Assembly: GCA_051294905.1 (NCBI GenBank)
Contig: CM119371.1
Location: 10,418,001 to 10,482,000, forward strand
Direction: 5' to 3'
Source: Botryllus schlosseri
Lineage: Eukaryota
DNA: 64,000 nucleotides
A model generated the notes under the pieces. The model saw nothing but the letters and a program-made list of their open reading frames with translations, was not told the DNA's origin and did not search any database. Each line of letters starts with the position of its first letter. The stretch's first letter is position 1. Below, piece by piece: positions 12,213 through 24,460 of the stretch. The position numbers and the translations under genes are program-made.

Positions 12213-15200
12213 AGAGAGAGACAGAGAGATTTATTTCGTCAACCGATGACGCCACAATAAATAGAAGTCATATAACTATGCAATATTTAACAAACACAAA
12301 CAGTGGTTTCTCGGTATTGTCTGGTAACGACGATATGATCATGACGATCTTCGTGTCAACCGGAACCAGCGATAATGGTTATTTAAATGAGATAACTTCA
12401 TAACGTAATAACAAACCAGGGTATGCTAATATGGAATGTATTGTACAAAAAGCAATTGCAGCAATAACAAAGAATATATGAAACACATACCAGTTACAGA
12501 CAGTTACAATCAATGTGGAAAAGAAAAAATAGGTTTAGGATTTATAACAGAATGGACAGTGCACAAGCATTGAACTAGTATTTACTCAGAAGAAAGTCAA
12601 GTATCCCTGTCGTAAAAATCAATGATAATTGGAGCTTTTTAGGCGTGGCGGAATCTGCTTGTTCTATACATTTAATGCCTGATCGTTTAAATGAAGGGAA
12701 ACCTCAATAAAAGTGAAACATAACTAAGTTGGAATTTGGGGCAGACCACGTGTAATGACTATGAACATCTCTGCAGTATTGTAATTAGTTCTGTGGAGAT
12801 ACAGGGACTTGCAGCAGATTAATTATATACATTACTTTGGCTAGTTCAAAGATATACATATATAACTAATTTTAAGAATACGCAACTTTTTGTAATACGG
12901 AGCAAATCGACTATAGAGTGGTATTCGATTATTAGCTCTATATCTTTGTTTTGAACGACCTACAGCTGGTTTAAAAGGGTTTTGGTAGCAGATCCCCAAA
13001 TTATTATACCATACTGTAGGTGAGAATGCATGATAGATAAATAAAGAGTACGACGAAATGGTTGTGGAACTATTCGGTTAAGCTTCCATAATAAACCAAT
13101 GTTACGTGAAACTTTTGCGCATACATTGGTGATATGATCATGCCATGTAAGACCAGCATCTATATGAATGCTTAAAAGACTTGAACAGGTCTAGTTGTTG
13201 TCTTGAAATTGCCAGCACTCCTGCATATTTGGAATTGGATAACTCTGATATGCAAGCTCCCTTGCCTATTGGAAGTGCTTGGCACTTTTTAACATTGACA
13301 GAGAATTTGTTGCATCCTAACCAAGTGATTGTACAGTCAAGTCAAGCATTGCATTTCGACACAAGGGTCTCGGCAATTCCTGATTGAAGTGAGAGTTAGG
13401 TGTCGTCTGCGAAAAGGGCTGTAGTAAAATCAGAGCATATTGAAATATCGTTAATATATAGTAAGAATAAGGATGGTCCAAGTACGGATCTCTGTGGAAT
13501 TCCACAGGAAACAGATGGAGAGTTCGATGCTCGATCATTGACTAATGTGTACTGTTTAAGATGTGTAAAGTAATTTTTGAAAATATCCATCACAATTCCT
13601 CGAATACCATAGCACTCAAGTTTATTAATCAATATGCAATGATTGACAGTATCAAATGCTTTCCGCCAGTCAAGGGAAGTACCTATTCCGTGAGTATTTG
13701 TTGCTTTGACATAGTGATAACTAGTGAGAATATCGAGGAGGGCAAGGATGGTTGAATGAAGACATTGGAAGCCATGTTGACGAACACTGATTACTGCGTG
13801 TTTGGACAAAAATTCCATTAACCGAGAGTGCATCAGTTTCTCAAACAGTATCGCGAAGCTAAACAGTACGGATATTGGTCTCTAATTGTCAGTAGAGTAT
13901 CTAGACCAGGAGTGGGCAATTATTTTACTCCGCGTGCAAAATGAGAAATAGAAAATACGTTGGTGGGCCGAGTGAAAAATTCTCCAGCATATTTTAATTT
14001 TATTCCTAAATTACATTGTTAATAAATGCTGCTCTGGGAATGTGTTGATCTTAGGTAATGAGAAAGTGAAGGTTAATTGAAAAAAATATTTATCTGCCGT
14101 CATGATTCGAAACAATGTTAAACATGATATATTTTACCTCTCTCTAAACCCCTATCCACGTTCTTCTATTAAGACTCTAAAACAGTGGTTCTCAAAAACT
14201 TTTTTAGGGATGCCTCCTTGTATGACAGTGAAAAATTCATGATATCACAAAATATTAAAAAGTGCAACCAGAATGCTAGCAATCCCAGCGGATAGTTTGA
14301 TGGCAGGGAAGGTAATGACTGTTGATGAAAGAATTCTGAAATATCAAAGTCGGACAATACACAGAGCAATAAGTATACGCTGGGGGTAAAGTAAACTTTG
14401 GCTTCGCCCCCCCCCCCCCCCCCTCCCCAAACCTTCTGATGCTTTCACGCCTCCTAGTTCGAGAACCACTGCACCCAAATGTATATGCAGTAGTGCAAAG
14501 CTTATTTTCTTGGTCGCTGCCTTCCGAGCAGTGTGCACCGTGCAGCTTAGATAGCCTTTATGTTGAGCGAAGCTTGTAGTTTTTTGAACTTCGCCATCCC
14601 TTGACCGAGTGTTTCGTGTGTTTGTCATAATCCCTAATCTCGGCGACATGCTAGGCAAAAACTAAAACTAGAAACTAAAACTAGAAGGACGGGTTTACCG
14701 ATGACTCCAGTATTCAAATATTTAGCGCCCTGAAGTCTAAACCTTCTTTTAATTTCAGTTTTCGGCATTCTTTTTTTGGCATGCCCGTTGGCGTTAATCC
14801 TTTATGGGTGATCGATATGATGAGTCATATTACTCATATAGTAACTGTCAGCACTGATTGACTTGTTTTACGAATTTGGGAGTTGGAAACGCATCACGTG
14901 ACAATTTGAAACACATACCGTATAATGCGTAATGTGACAATGGCAACAAAAAGGGTTCGAACTATATAGGCTATGTGGAAAGAGTGATTTCTTGTGACTT
15001 TAATTGCTACTAATACTTTGCCACATTGCCTTTGTTTTGAATCTGTATTACGCATGCGCGGTGCGTAGGCAGCGTAATCGTGGCATATTAATGAACGGGC
15101 TTCAAAGCATACGAATTTCCTGTTCAATTCATAGAGCCTGGGGTTTTAGTCATTCAACAAGCAAGTTTTGTGTTTTGAATTCCAAGCAACCTTTCGCGGG

Positions 15201-15350
15201 CCTCACAGAATAGCCGCACTTTGCCCAGGGCTGATCTAGACCCTGCTTCATGCACTGAGGTAGGCAGACGGTGTTTTCCGATATCACATATTTCATAAGA
15301 AGATTGAAGTAGCTTGAACTCGAAACAAATAATACAGATTCTTGCTAAAA
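12213..15350 (-). mobile_element. Decayed 5'-truncated LINE (CR1/L2-like RT), interrupted by a hAT element
   Basis: RT motifs RPISVL, KAFDTVNH, GIPQRSVLGPSLFLLYINDI and FADDT (13396-13880). AATAAA plus a (CT)n-like tail lies near 12213-12240. The reading frame resumes beyond 15241. Confidence 0.8.
13907..15233. mobile_element. Non-autonomous hAT element inserted in the LINE (contains MITE 14182-14471)
   Basis: Imperfect TIR CAGGAGTGGGCAA / TTGCCCAGGGCTG; perfect 8-bp TSD atctagac. Confidence 0.75.
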
Positions 15351-15413
15351 TTAACAAGCGGGTTCATTAATGTAATTTATATCAATATAACTAAATACTC
15401 ACATAGTTCTGTC

Positions 15414-15857
15414 TAGGGTTGCATTGAAAACAAAAATCAATTTAAAACTAACATGTTAAAAACAAGGCCCATGTTTAAAACATGTTTTTTTTTAATGTTT
15501 TTCAATGTTTTTTCAAAGCCCCGACGTCACGAATATTCAATTGTGACGTCATAGTGGATTGAGATTGACAATTGAAAATGTGGGGTAAATATAGGTCCTT
15601 TGACGAAATATATGTATACTATTTCTGTTGAACCGACTATTTTGAGAGTTCCAACAATCCCATATCGATACGTCCGCTATATCGGATGGTGATTGTGCGT
15701 AGGCTCAGGCAACATGTCCTTTGGAAAGTATTTACACAATTATGGCATAATTTTACAACCAAAAACAAATTTTTAAAAGGCTTTTGTTTAAAACACTGTT
15801 TAAAACATGTTTTAATCAACGTGTTTTGAAACATCGTTTGTTTTAAATGCAACCCTG
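15414..15857. mobile_element. hAT-type MITE with AAAACA/TGTTTT motifs
   Basis: TIR TAGGGTTGCATT / AATGCAACCCTG; TSD gttctgtc/gctctgtc. Confidence 0.7.
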
Positions 15858-17809
15858 GCTCTGTCCGTTCTTACATTTGTAGGCCTACATATGTCGTAAG
15901 GGGGAGTTGACAAGCTTAAGGCTGACTACCCAGATTTCGGATGAAGTCATTGAGGCATCATCTTTTGGAACGGCACAATGAGAATCTGATGTTGTTTGAC
16001 TTACCTGGAAAATTATTCCGACCCTCAAACATTGTACGTAGACATACATATTTATAACATTGCGGAAAAGTTGTGCTGTTATTGGCCGGGTCACTTCAGA
16101 GATTCGTGTTAAAACTTGACTTATATCGAACCTTCAACTACAGGTCGTGTTCACCAGAACTATATAGCCTTTCAGTGGTTCGCGCCATGCTCATTAGTCA
16201 GTGCTCCGTTCAGAATATCTCAAGGATATCTAGAACTGGGACATCTATCACCATATCGAGAAATCATTCACCGCTAATAGGATCAGTCATGTATCGCTAT
16301 TAAAAACATACTGGACTGCAATTTTACGATTTCGATTCATGTAAATGGCTCGTCTATGCACATCAGCTATAAACGGTGGTTACTAGCAGGTAATGTGCGT
16401 CTAGACTGGGGTGATTACTTTATGACTGTAATCGATTGCGATTACGGTTCCTTCTGAATGACGCGATTACGATTACGATTACAACAAAACCAGGAGGTAG
16501 TCGATTACGATTACATTAGAAAAGTAATCACGATTACTCACGATTACATTTATTTTGCTTCTTAGAACTAATTTTACAAGAAATATTGGAAGGCAATATA
16601 AATATTGCTATGAAAGGGCCTAATGAGATAACAACTTACCGTATAAATGATGCGTCGTTTGCTTGTTACGTCATAATGTACCCATTGCCCAACTTTAATG
16701 TAGGGGCGAATTATCGCACCCAATGATTTGCATTCTTTCCAGGTCCGTACCTGCCGCAGCCTAAACTCCCCAATAGGGTGGGGAACAAACTCGGTGGAGA
16801 CTCAAAAGTATTTCGAAAACCAACATATATTATAGACTATTTGCGAGAGATTTACTTGCCTTGAAAATTTTCTTCGAGCTCTGCGATTTAAATGTCGCTA
16901 GATAGTTTGATTTTGAAATGCATAGGCCTCCCCCTCAAGAAAAAAAGTATCCATGATTTATAGGAATAGGGATTTAGGTGCCGGTCATTACCGTGCCACG
17001 ACACACCAAAAGACATATGCAGTTTCGGTCAACATGCGACTCCACGAAGTGGACTACTAAAGAAAGACCTTGGCCGAAACTTTGGGTATGTGTCCATTGT
17101 CAATAGCAGCGTTGGGTAGGCGTGACTAATAGTCCTGTCCTTCCGATCGAAGCGCACAATACAAATGCCACCCGAGGCACCAACAGAGCAATAAAGACAT
17201 GAAAATTTGAGTGTGCGTCTTATAAAAGTTTCTCTTTTAGTCTGCTACGTTTGGGCGACTACAACTACAATATATTATGATTATATAACAGACCGATGGT
17301 CACGAGTTAACAACATACCATACAGTATAACAACATACTGTAAAGTAATTATAACAACATAACCAGGTGTTATAACTATGAATTAGGCCTACTTGCCCCC
17401 AGCTCTACTTGTAAATGGGACCATTGGGGGCGGGGAGAGGATTAAAATGAATAGCAATATAATGCATTATCAGTATTATTACCGAAATTCAGTCTTCAAG
17501 TTGGAAATTGACCGCCCTGGGGGCCCAAGATCAACTTTTGGAATGGGAGACGTATTGCTGTTTTGGTGCTGATTCTAGCTACAACCCTCGATTAGCGAGG
17601 CTCGCTAACGTGGTTTATAAGCGGATGGCTATGGCAGAAGGTCCAAATGTTGAGTAGAGAATTGCGAAACATACAATTGGCGCCCGTTTCAAGTGGAGTC
17701 TTATCAGAATAAGATAAAGTTAACATAAAATTCTGCCTTCCACTTAATACAGATACTGCACGCTGCTGTTACGAGAAGAGTCAAAGAAAGGTTCGGTTAT
17801 GATATAGAT

Positions 17810-18773
17810 AGGGGAGATGTGGTACCGATGGATCAAAAATTGCAAAATGATCTCTAGCCTTCAAATCTTCAGCAGAGAATAGCAGATCTTTTGCTGTCTC
17901 AACACTTTGATACAAGCTCTAACTATCGCGAACATTTACATGAATATCCGATTATTCAAAAAATATTCATGAACGTTTAAAATTTGTTGCTCGAACGTGT
18001 CATCGGTCCCCACCCGGTGGGTCCAAAGGCACACGACCACGGGACCTATGAGACATACGCTCAAAAACTCAAATTTGTTAACTTGTTTTGTTGTGTACTG
18101 TTAGCTAAGCTACAGCAAGCCAATGAAGAATGTTTCGTCGCGACCTTCAAGAATAAAATAGATTATATCAACCCAAATGTTGGCATAAAATCATGTTTTG
18201 ATTTACGCCTAAACGTACAAAATCAATGCCACATACATATTACCCGCAAATCGACATTTTGACTTTCAAATACCTCGTAATAGCGATAAAACACCACGTG
18301 TAACTATGATTTAACGCCAATATATATGCAGGCGAGTTTCTGTTGTTAAGTGATTAGTTGGCCCATCTGTTTGGCTTGATTTGGCTATGGTACCATGGGT
18401 CCCCCACCCCATAAATATCGCAATTGACTTGAAAATAGTCCACTCGAGGATGGTATTGATTCAAAAAATATGTGGCATTATATACCCTGATACAAGCCCT
18501 ATACTTCACATCAAAAATTATGGCGGGTTTGTTAGTCTGTAAGGTGATATAGAAAAATGCAAATGTCGATCTAAATTTACTTTACACCCCCTAAAACGTA
18601 AATCATTCGTCACAGACCCTATAACTCACACAGGTCGAACTTTTTTGCATGTGAGGAAAGATTCTGTCAGTATGTAATTGTAGAAAAATTCACGGAGTGC
18701 AATCATGGAATTATCATGGAAAATTTTTCAAGTATTTTCGGTCCCAGTGATCCATCGGTACCACATCTCCCCC
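17810..18773. mobile_element. Non-autonomous TIR element (probably Tc1/mariner-pogo type) nested in copy A
   Basis: ~24-bp TIR GGGGAGATGTGGTACCGATGGATC at a TA-rich site; absent at the equivalent site of copy B (~42310). Confidence 0.65.
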
Positions 18774-19272
18774 ACATATCAGCAGCTGTTGATTTTAATG
18801 CCTCGTTGTGGAAATCGTAGTGTTTCATTTGACGAGTACAAAATTTCAAATCTTTGTCCAGTGTAGGCCTACGTACGTACGTTCTACTTAGGCCTACTGC
18901 TCGCCCAAGCAGCAACGGTCAAACTGCGTTTAACTCAGCACGATCAAACATCAATACATAAGTTACTATTTGAAACTGTAGGCAGAGTGGTGATTATTAT
19001 TATCCTGCTGCGAGGTAGCGGCGTCTGGAGTGTATTGATAACCTGATATACAGCACTTCGGGTATTCATACATTCATACATTCACACTACAATGTACATC
19101 GAATGCCTGTTTACTATGTGTGGGTACTTCTTACACAATGACGAGCAAATCTAATACTTCTGACGTAATAATGAACCGATAGGCGCTTGAAATTCAGACG
19201 TTTGTGCTATCACTAACCTGGTTTAATATCTCTTTCTTGATCAGCTCACGAATGTTCAGTATATGTCATAGT

Positions 19273-19466
19273 CAATGTTCCTTCTAAGCTGCGCACGTGC
19301 GCAAATGCGCAGTGCTGACACAGTCTTTGCGCACAGAAAATCTAAGTTGCGCACAAAAAATACGAAGTGATGACCTTTATTTTAGTCGTTACGCACTGTT
19401 GTCCAAGTTCCTGCGCAGTAAGTTGGTGAGTGTGCGCAGACTCTTCAAAAATTAGAGGGAACATTG
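19273..19466. mobile_element. MITE, CAATGTTCCCTCTAA family
   Basis: TIR CAATGTTCC.TCTAA / TTAGAGGGAACATTG; other copies at 1-138, ~51255-51330 and 54071-54250. Confidence 0.7.
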
Positions 19467-19664
19467 GTATTAGTCCTTGTACAAATAAAAAGTAATCGTT
19501 CTTTCACAAAGAAATCGATTAAATATGTGAAATAGTCGATTACGATTACGGTTACTTCGTAGTTTTTTAGAATGTAATCGATTGCGATTACGATTAGTTC
19601 AAAATGCTGTAATCGTCGTAATCGATTACGATTACCCCATGTATGTGTGCGTCCCCCTCTAAGC

Positions 19665-20911
19665 CAGAGGCGGGCAACTTCTCCAGCCGGCGGGCCAGAT
19701 ACAGAAAAATTAGGTAGGACTACTTGGCGGGCCGGATTGCTGAATCGATTTCTTCACCCATTTATCCACATATACACGGAATAAATCGTATTAATGAATG
19801 CATTTTAACGACAGCAATGTCATTTCAAAGCCATTTCTCGCCGATAATGATGAGGACAATGTGGATTTGAAAACATCAGTATTGTCATACAGGCGCCGCC
19901 ATGTCTGCTTCTCTCTGATCAATTAACACAAGGTGCAATCATAGTGTCCTATAGTGACCGGCTTGGCGAGCGCGAAATTTAATAAAACTGGTATCAATCG
20001 ACAGCTACCTTGGCACTGATTGCAAAAATATAAATTTTATTCTGCTCGTGGCCCTGGAACCCCCCAAAACAGCCTGGAATATGCATTGTAACCGAGTTTG
20101 GTATTGTGACGCAACCATGACTTCTGGGAGCAAGTGAGAATCAGCGCAAACCAAAAACGTTTTGCCATTGTTGCGCAACCGATTGAGCATTCACACTGTC
20201 ACTCTCGTGCGCACTTGCTTCTGATCTGCTCAGACGGTATGGTTGCGTCACAATACCAAATTCCGTTACAATGCAACATTCCAGGTCGATTTTGTTTCGG
20301 GGGGGGGGGGGGGTTCCAGGGCCACGAGCAGAATAAAATTTTGACTTTCGCAATCAGTACCGCGGTAGCTTTCAATTGATACCAGTTTCATCAAATTTAA
20401 TGCTCGGCAATCCGGTCAAAAATTACCGTCAAACTGCCTTTAGCTAAAGGAAGGTGTGACGTAACCCTCTTTCACTGAGCCGCGAGAGTTGCTTGTGTCC
20501 ACACCATATAGGACACTATGATGCAATCCTTAATTAGGATTTCACGGCGTTCGATAAGGCCAGTCCACAAATTTACCAAGATATCTATTTATTAGGGTTG
20601 GGTACATGGTAAATGCCGATGATGCAAGTCTTCTCGCTTCGACAGACTTACTCGTAAGCTCTACTCTCGCACGCTGCGTACACACACACGTATATAATGA
20701 CATACAATCAGGGATATCTAAAACTTTTTTATAGATTTTTAGATATCCCTGCATACAATCACTAAAATTTAACGTTTAAGCAAGTAGTGGGGAATCTCAG
20801 CAGACTGCGGCCGCAGGTCAAATTACCATGTAACGAGAAACTGTCCGCGGGTCGGACAAAATCCCGTCGTGGGCCGGATCCGGCCCGCGGGCCGTATGTT
20901 GCCCGCCCCTG
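19665..20911. mobile_element. Non-autonomous hAT element
   Basis: TIR CAGAGGCGGGCAAC / GTTGCCCGCCCCTG; perfect TSD ctctaagc. Confidence 0.8.
19940..20520. mobile_element. Foldback MITE with CATAG termini (P-element-like), nested
   Basis: TIR CATAGTGTCCTATA / TATAGGACACTATG; long internal inverted arms; 7-bp TSD gtgcaat/atgcaat; partial homolog at ~38030-38270. Confidence 0.7.
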
Positions 20912-21199
20912 CTCTAAGCCTATTGAATCGCATACAGTCCATCGACATTCCTCCGATGACTAAAAGCTTTGTAGATAATAATAAATGCATTGTGTTAAAA
21001 ATGCCGTCCTCTAAGTAGACCGCAGCAAATTTTAAATAGTTTCATGTTCAACCAACGTGTCGAAAAAAATAAATACAAATGTTGTGCCGCGTCTCTTAAG
21101 TTCTATAGTGCCTGAGAAAGAAAGTGTAAGTGCAAAAAAGACAAAAATGCAGAACAAATGTATTAGGTAAATAAAAGATCGATTGCCGTCTCGAATTTG

Positions 21200-21400
21200 A
21201 ACTTTTCGAACTTTCGGCGGAGTAAAATCAGCGATTTTATCCTCAAAATCAATTTTTAGAACGTAGTCTCTTTTTATAGAAAGAATCGGTGTAGCTGATA
21301 GCCGATCATCATTCATGATAAAAGGTAAATACGACTTTATCATTTTTAGCTTTAAGAAACTCCTCCTACAGTTCGCAATTGAAACACCACCCGTAAGATG
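21200..21400 (-). pseudogene. hAT transposase C-terminal dimerisation fragment
   Basis: VSIANCRRSFLKLKMIKSYLPFIMNDDRLSATPILSI...IDFEDKIADF resembles the ERSFSKLKLIK.YLRSTM...RL..L..LSIE motif. Confidence 0.65.
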
Positions 21401-22154
21401 AAGTTTCATGCACATTGCACAAGCATAAATACGGTGTCTAATCGAGTATGGCTGTGATTTAACAAACCAATGTAAAACATCAAACACGGTTGCATTGCCA
21501 TCAAATGTAGTTTCACGTCTTCGCACCAGCTTCTCAAATCTGCCAACCTTTCTAACGCGTGCATCATGTTGTCGAAAACAACCACCGATTCGAGTCTGGA
21601 CCGTAACAAATAAGCTCCTGATTACCCGTCTCTCCGTGCTGTGTGTACTGTGCAGCCTTATTTGCCGCCCCTTGCAGCCTGCCACCTCTGGCGCAGAGCC
21701 AGAATCGCCAAGTGGTTGCTACGCCACTGCTGATTTCTCGTTTCGACGTATGGTACATTTGCTGTTGATGCCATAAATGTCTACGTATGTAAATTCTTGA
21801 TTGTCTTGCCTCTTCCATGAAATGATGAGATTGTCTAATAACAAACCATTATTCAACGTACGTATACAGACGGCTATGCTGGTGGATTTTATGATGGCTT
21901 AACCGTGCTTTTCAACCTTTTTGAGCTCTATTCGCACCTTTTTTTAATGAACTCATTCGCACAAATCCACTGAAAATTGCTACAAAAAAGAAGATGGAGA
22001 TACTTAACAATATTTTGTTCAGATGTGCAACAGTGTCTCATTGAAAAGGAAACTCTCTTCCCTCGTTTTGATTTCAACTCTTTCAATAAAACCCTTCTAG
22101 GTCAAACAAGTTGTTGAGAACGTCTATTAGTATTTGTGTTTGGATGGCCATGTC

Positions 22155-23917
22155 CTAAATACTCTTCTGCAATCCTATCTGAAATAGGCCTACAACGTAT
22201 TTTCCGCGAGTGATATCCCAAAGTAAGCAGCTGTCCTGCTCGTCTGTCAGTTCCTTCCTGCGAAAATAGAGCGGTCGATATTCTGGAGATAAGCCGCTAG
22301 CGGGCCAATCATTAATCGCATAGTAATTTACACGACATGACAGCGGGTCTCGGCGCGTCTCAAAACCAATCCTTTTCGATGTTATTGGCATATTGTTTAC
22401 TTGTATTGCATTTCTCTTGTTGGCTTCATGCGTTGATGGATCCACATCGGCTGATGCATTCGAGGGACTTCCGGAAAGCCAATCCGCAGTAACATTCCGC
22501 TTACCCGGTTTGTAACGTATTTCGTAATTATAACCCGCGAGTTTGATTGCCAAACATTGCAACCTGGATGCGGCTAGCACGGGTATACCAATCTTTGGAC
22601 CTGGAATCAATGCCAAGGGTTGGTGGTCCGTACATAGGGTAAACCTCCTCACGCACAAGTAATGATGAAATCTCTGTAACCCGAATATTATGGCCAGAGC
22701 TTTTTTCTCGATGTGGGAATAGTTTTTCTCGGCTGCTGACAATGTATGAGACGCGTACGAGAATGGGCGCTCAGTCGCTCACGTTCTCCATCGCGTTGCA
22801 TGATTACTGCTCCTAAACCAGAGGCGCGTCTACTGACATCGTAATCGGTTTATCAGGGCCATAGTGAGCCAATACCAAATCGGAGGTAAGGCAATGTTTC
22901 GAGACTCCGAAGGCCTTTTCACAAGCATCATTCCACTTCCACTTCACATTCTTTCTTATCAAGTTCGTTAACGGTTGCAACAGACTGGATGGGATCGGTA
23001 TAAATTTTTTATGGACATTTACCAGCCCGAGAAAAGACCGCAGCACACTTACGTTGTTTGCGCGGCAAGCGGAAGTCACTGATCGCAAATTTGAGTTGCT
23101 CGGTCGTATGCCATTCCGGGGACTCTTCCAGGAAACAACACTTGGACTTTTCAGCTTTCAAACCATATTTATCCAAACGATTACACACAGTTATTAACAG
23201 CTCAAGATTTCCCTTCTCCGAAGACCCTGTGATTAAGATGTCGTCCAGTAAACACGTGAATTCAGTCCTCGCAGCACCTGATCCATCAATTGCTGAAAAA
23301 TCGTCGGCGCTGATGCCACTCCAAACGGAAGTCAGGTGTTTGTTTGTTTTGAGGTACTCGTGACATTTGTCGACTACTATGGTCGTTTACACCAGGCCCA
23401 TATTCTTCACAGCCTATGTAAACCTCTAACACTTAGGTATAGGACTCGAACCCGAAAACCCATTGGTGTTGCAGCCGCGGATTATGCCACTGCGCTATCT
23501 CGCCGGGTCGGAAGTCGGGTGTATCTGAACAATCCGAGATGGGTGTTGATCACCACGTAATTATGCGCGTCGTCATCAAGCTCCGCTTGCGTGTACGCTT
23601 GTGATGAATCGATCTTGCTGAAATACGAACTTTTCCTTCCGTTGCGAAGCACCAGTAAGTCGTCTGGGGTCGGTAATGATATTCGGGTGTATCCAATTGC
23701 GGATTGATCGTAAACTTAAAGTCGCCGCAAATACGAACTTCATCGGACGCCGGTATAGAACAGGCACAATTGGACTTGCCCAGTCGGAGTGCTCAACCAA
23801 TTCCAACACACCAGTATCCACTAACATACGCTCAAACAGTTAATCTTGTATCCGGTCCTACCCTTGCGCCTTGTACATTTTCCGGGGCACATCTTCCTTA
23901 TGTGTCTAACCTGTCTG
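22155..23917 (-). pseudogene. Decayed Gypsy (Ty3/Gypsy, Mag-like) pol: RT and RNase H
   Basis: Motifs HSDWASPIVPV, LRSFLGLVN, WKWNDACEKAF, LAHY, AEKNYSHIEKKALAIIFG and FTLCTDHQPL, with multiple frameshifts. Confidence 0.85.
23340..23509 (-). mobile_element. tRNA-derived SINE inserted in Gypsy RT
   Basis: Head GGCGAGATAGCGCAGTGG...GGTTCGAGTCC (A and B boxes); (AAAC)n tail; TSD ggaagtc(a/g)ggtgt. Confidence 0.75.
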
Positions 23918-23944
23918 CACGCAAGTAGTTAGTATGATCGGTCG

Positions 23945-24460
23945 TGGTGTGCCATTGTCTCTTATGGGCGGGGTGGTGAGGTGCCTGAAAACCGGGGGTG
24001 GTGAGGTGACCCTTATCTCTTATGGCGGGGGTGGTGAGGTGCCATTGTGTCTTATGGCGGGGGTGGTGAGGTGACCCTTATCTCTTATGGCGGGGGTGGT
24101 GAGGTGCCTGAAAACCGGGGGTGGTGAGGTGACCCTTATCTCTTATGGCGGGGGTGGTGAGGTGCCATGTGTTTTTATGGATGCGGTGATGATGGTACCC
24201 GTTCAGACCCCCTATCGCTCGTGATGTGCCAATGGTTCTTATGGGATCTCTGGTGATGTGTCATTGTTTCTTACGCGGTCTCTGGTGATGTGCGATTGGT
24301 TCTTATGGGATCTCTGGTGATGTGCCATTGTTTCTTATGGTATCTCTGGTGACGGCACCCTTTCGGGTATAGGCTACGTCGGTGATGTGTCTGTCATGTA
24401 TTCTTACGGGATCTGTGGTGATTCACCATGTGTTCTTATGGGTGCGGTCGTGATTCGCAC
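23945..24460 (+). repeat. Subterminal G-rich tandem array (mirrored at ~37093-37608)
   Basis: 7 copies of GGGGTGGTGAGGTG in ~25/33-bp units, then ~32-bp TCTTATGGGATCTCTGGTGATGTG-type units. Confidence 0.9.

Larger units (their letters stand above)
16402..19645. mobile_element. Non-autonomous hAT element with (GATTAC)n subtermini, copy A
   Basis: TIR ~TAGACTGGGGTGATTAC / GATTACCCCATGTATG; 8-bp TSD tgtgcgtc; collinear with 40715-44127. Confidence 0.8.

Noticed and set aside
21032..21818. 217-aa ORF as a real gene
   Set aside because: Chimeric read-through of a Gypsy-derived tail and a hAT C-terminal fragment.
23945..24460. CRISPR-like repeat-spacer array
   Set aside because: The linkers are short and themselves repeated, there are no cas genes, and the context is eukaryotic.
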